Assembly (NCBI GenBank): GCA_000708835.1
Contig: DF237267.1
Location: 1 to 64,000, forward strand
Direction of reading: 5' to 3'
Length of the DNA stretch: 64,000 nt
Source of the DNA: Klebsormidium nitens
Lineage: Eukaryota; Plantae; Klebsormidiophyceae
The notes under the pieces are model-generated. The model saw only the letters and a list, made by a program, of their open reading frames with translations. It did not search any database and was not told where the DNA came from. The position numbers were made by a program, and so were the translations under genes. The first letter of the stretch is position 1. Each line of letters begins with the position of its first letter. Positions 60,449 to 64,000 of the stretch are shown here, one piece after another.

Positions 60449-63311
60449 CTACGATACTTTCCCTAGCGTACTTTTGACTCTTTTTGCAACCTTGCTCTGC
60501 CCGCTGGCAGCGTACGCGGCGCCTATCTTATGGAAAACGTAGATCAACACCATTGATACGGCCAGCAACACCAGGAACGCTTCTGGTTGGGGCCACGTGT
60601 TCAGAAATGGGTACGGGAATATCTGCGTAGGATAGAGTCACGTCAGATGCAAGCTATGGTCGTGAGCAGAAAGAAAATTCCGCCCAAGATCAACTATCGC
60701 AGAGCGGCTGATCCAACACTTCAGCGCTTTCAAGTTGTATTGGATGGGGGCCTCGACGTGGGATTAGAACATCACAGCTTAGATGCCTGCTTTCACAACA
60801 TCATCGTCGTGAACAGGGACGCAAACAAGCAAGGAAGCAGAATTTTCTCGGACATCCGAGGGCCACAATTTCTAACCAGCTCAGCCAAAATGGGACTTGA
60901 TTGAAAGGCTCACCCCTGTCTCGAACTTGCACCACAGAATGAATGCGCAGTAGGCTGTGGCGATGCCAAATGAGACTCGCAGGCTTGGATACCTGTCAGA
61001 AAAGAGTTGGCAATATTATTGTTTTTTGCGTCAACCCCAAGGTTAAGGACTTTTTTTTGCAGACGACTTGTGGGCAACCCTTTCCTTACGAAACCTCTAG
61101 GCGTAGGCGCACAGCAAACGATTGCAGAGCGAGAAGAGCTCGCCGCATTGATGAACAGTGAGCCTTGTTGAGCTATCCAATCACTTTCAAAAGCAGCTAC
61201 ACGAACAATCTCAAAAAGCAGCCGCATTTGATGGTAAATGTAAGAAAAGCGGTGTGCAGTCTTAGACACACTGAGCCGCTGTCACTTTCAATTGCTGCTC
61301 TCCTTCAACTCGCTAGCCTCAGTGCCTTTTGCGGAGGCCGTTGAAAACGTCCTTGCGAACTCTTCTGAGTACGAGAGTACAGCTGGCAGTGTGCTGTCAA
61401 ACGGGCAGGAATCCTTGTCTAATCTCAAGAGTCAGATATCCCTCGATCGGCTCAGAGTTGACTTCAACCGAGTGAAACTATCGCAACTACAGTAAGCTCC
61501 GACGATGCTCAATACCGGCTCCAAAGGGATGCAGCAGTCCCGAAACCGGAAAAATAAGTTTAGACGTCCATCTTAAAGCGCACTTGCATGTGAGAGTGAT
61601 CCTATACAGGCATGTCAAAGGCGTCTGTAAGAGCAAGAGATACTGGGTTACCTGAAAGTCCGCTCTCCGATTTTGACATCGAGCCAGGCGGAAAGTGCAT
61701 TTACTGCGTGCACCAAAATACCCAGGGCGACCGGTCGATCGACGCTGCAGCCATGCGACAAATAAGTGCTTAGAAAGCACGACTGTCTTCATGCCAGCTA
61801 TCGGCAGAATGATTCTAACGCTTGTGCTGGAAATCACTGTTCTGCAATTCTTGAAGACTGTCTCTTTCAAGGGGGTCTTTGAAACAAGGAATGGCTCTCT
61901 AAGGCGCAATCTGCTCTGCAGCTCAGAGAGGGCCCGACGAGAATGACAAGAAGCAGCAAGGTATGTCAGAAGCCTTCAAACTCTGTTTTCGCTTTTTGAA
62001 TGAATCCAGGATATCCAACTTGTACTACTATCGGAAAGTTTCCAACAAACTCCTTCAGTCATAGAAAATGTGTAGATTTGAAAAAGAGAGCAGTGCTCAC
62101 AGCTCTCCTTCTACAGGGTTCCCCTGGATCAACACAAACAGTGTCCAGTGCAGCACTGTGATGATGTTAGCGATGCCAAACACGCTGGACGCAAGCAGAT
62201 CGCTGATCCGCTTTGCATCCTTCCACTGCACAGAGGCAAGTGCAAAACGATGTGAGAAACAAGAAAGCCAATATGAATAAAGAAAGATGCAGAAGAAAGA
62301 GAAGAGATGACGGATTGGGATGGAAAGCTGAGACTGTGAGCAGAGGAAGGACGCAGAAGAAACACACAGCGTGGGAAGAAACATTCGAGATGGTAAGTGA
62401 AAAAGCCTAGAGGGCGTCATCAGCATGAACAAACTGTTTACAAACAAGAAGAAGAGCGTTCTCAATCCAAAGTCTGAACTGGATGGCTTAGAGGTCTGTT
62501 AGGCCATTGTTGAGCCTTTCAAGGATTCAAGTGTGAACTGCAACAGAATAGAAACCTGGAAGGGCCAGCCTTCTTGAACCTCGACCTTATTGTGCAAAGT
62601 CTCTCGCCTCAATATCCTTGGTAAACTCCATTTGCTGTGCTCAGATCTGTAGTTCGTTCTGGCCATGTCTTGAGGATGAGGACATGCACAGCAATGGTCA
62701 CATACTAAGAGTCCCTCATGTCCGATGCTAGCACTCCCACTCAGATCTAGATCGTCGAAGGGCTTACAGAGCCTTTAGAGGCGCATCGACCTCATCAGGA
62801 GCTCCATTTCAGGATGCCATTCAAGAGCGAAGTAGTGCGCAAAAGCTTACCCTGGGGAACAAGTGAGTCAGCAGAGAAAAGGCCCAAGTCACGAGCTGGA
62901 TGGAGAAGCCCCAGAACGTGAGGTACTGCAAATTACTTTGATGGTTTTAGCAAGCAAGCGAAGACGGCCGCTCTAGCTGGTTAGAGGTTAACGCCAGCTG
63001 ATGTTGTCAGGAAAGTCTTCACTTCGTGCTATAGTAGCTGCAAAAGCCTGAACACAAAGAAAACTCCTTAAAGCTTCCTGCTTTTGCTGTTCCAGACATT
63101 GACAAGTGAATGATAAGAGTGAGGGATCCCTCACTCGGTAGAACCAGCCAAATCCATGTGATCCTGGAAGTTGCTTTGCGCCGTCGCTGAAATGCCACAG
63201 ATAGCCGTATAGATAAACGCAGAACAGAGTAAGATGGAAGACAAAAGCAAGGGTGAACGTTCTCAGTGGAGGATCCGAGTTGCCCTTCTTTGGCGTAGCG
63301 GGATGGGCCAT
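60449..63311 (-). CDS. FAR-17a/AIG1/ADTRP-family multi-pass membrane protein (6 exons)
   Basis: FGWFYR|YLTFW (conserved Thr), DRPVALGILVHAVN (conserved His), AWLD, TG|IFPYPFLN, separated by hydrophobic helices. Junctions are phase-consistent. Confidence 0.85.
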
Positions 63312-64000
63312 TGCAGATCTGAGTCAAATGCTGGTCAAGCTGCACATAATTTGCATTGCACTGCATACCTAGAATCTAGATGTTCAGGCACAATGCATGC
63401 AATTTTGCGGACCATTTCTAGTCTGAGCGTGTAACCGTTATCGCTGCCGGCGATTTTGTCCTTGCTGACCCGTCAGTCCAGGGTTCCTCACCGGCCATGG
63501 TAGACGTCATGCAATCCATTACCAGGCAGCCCGAGCCGGTACATCGGTCGGTTCCGAATTCACTTGTGCCGGCGGCTGTCCGTTGTTCCGTCGCGGGGTC
63601 TGAATCTTGCGGCCGCGCGTCTTAGCCCTGCGGACGGCCGCGGCTAAAATAGTATGCTGCCACAGGGTTTGGGCCGGGCTTTGCTCTGCTGCACGGTCGC
63701 ATTGAAGGTCGAGGGGGGTGCTTGAAAGGGACCTCCCACTAGCGGCAGTTGGGAGGTGTAGCTTCGTGTTCAGCCAGAGCAGTTCAATCAGGCCTGCTCG
63801 ATGGCTTCTCCTTTGTCCACCGTATGAGCTCCTTCAGCTGAAAACTAGAGGTGGCTTTGGCGGATGCACAGCGGCATGGACGCGAGGAGGAGGTGTTTGT
63901 TGAGAAAGGTGGAAGCTATATGAGCTAGGCTGCTGCTGCTAGCCTGAGGGTAGACATGCCCGGGGCTTGATCGACAAACTCTGCGCAAGCAGGGTTCGAG

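Noticed and set aside
63500-64000. Possible start of a plus-strand gene at the window end
   Set aside because: No supportable ORF or splice model within the window.
1-64000. tRNA, rRNA, snRNA or CRISPR arrays
   Set aside because: No recognisable consensus found by eye. tRNAscan-SE and Infernal were not run.

Overview
Intron-rich eukaryotic genomic DNA with GC-rich exons. The plant-type gene set (NUDT3, BASS4-like, EID1-like F-box, plant-type GH10, PAO-like) suggests a streptophyte alga such as Klebsormidium; this is an inference. I reconstructed by hand eight recognisable protein-coding genes plus one probable orphan, and their strands alternate strictly. In order: a secreted allene-oxide-cyclase/dirigent-fold protein (-), an orphan (+), a BASS4/SLC10A7-like transporter (-), an intronless EID1-like F-box gene (+), a ~2085-aa 16-exon GH10 xylanase (-), a secreted amidase-signature enzyme (+), a PAO-like Rieske oxygenase (-), the Nudix/M49 fusion NUDT3 (+) and an AIG1/ADTRP-family membrane protein (-). 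The most unusual item is the xylanase: signal peptide, RxLL pro-peptide, ~415-aa acidic S/T/P stalk, five CBM22-like modules, GH10, SP linker, two knottin-like Cys modules and an RxLL-rich tail. It sits head-to-head with a secreted amidase that has the same signal + RxLL + Cys-rich design. Other observations: degenerate copies of exon edges inside neighbouring introns, a sense-strand G-rich intronic motif, two GC-AG introns and two apparent frame breaks in the amidase. I saw no tRNA, rRNA, CRISPR array or intact transposon. All exon models are manual and lack transcript or database confirmation.
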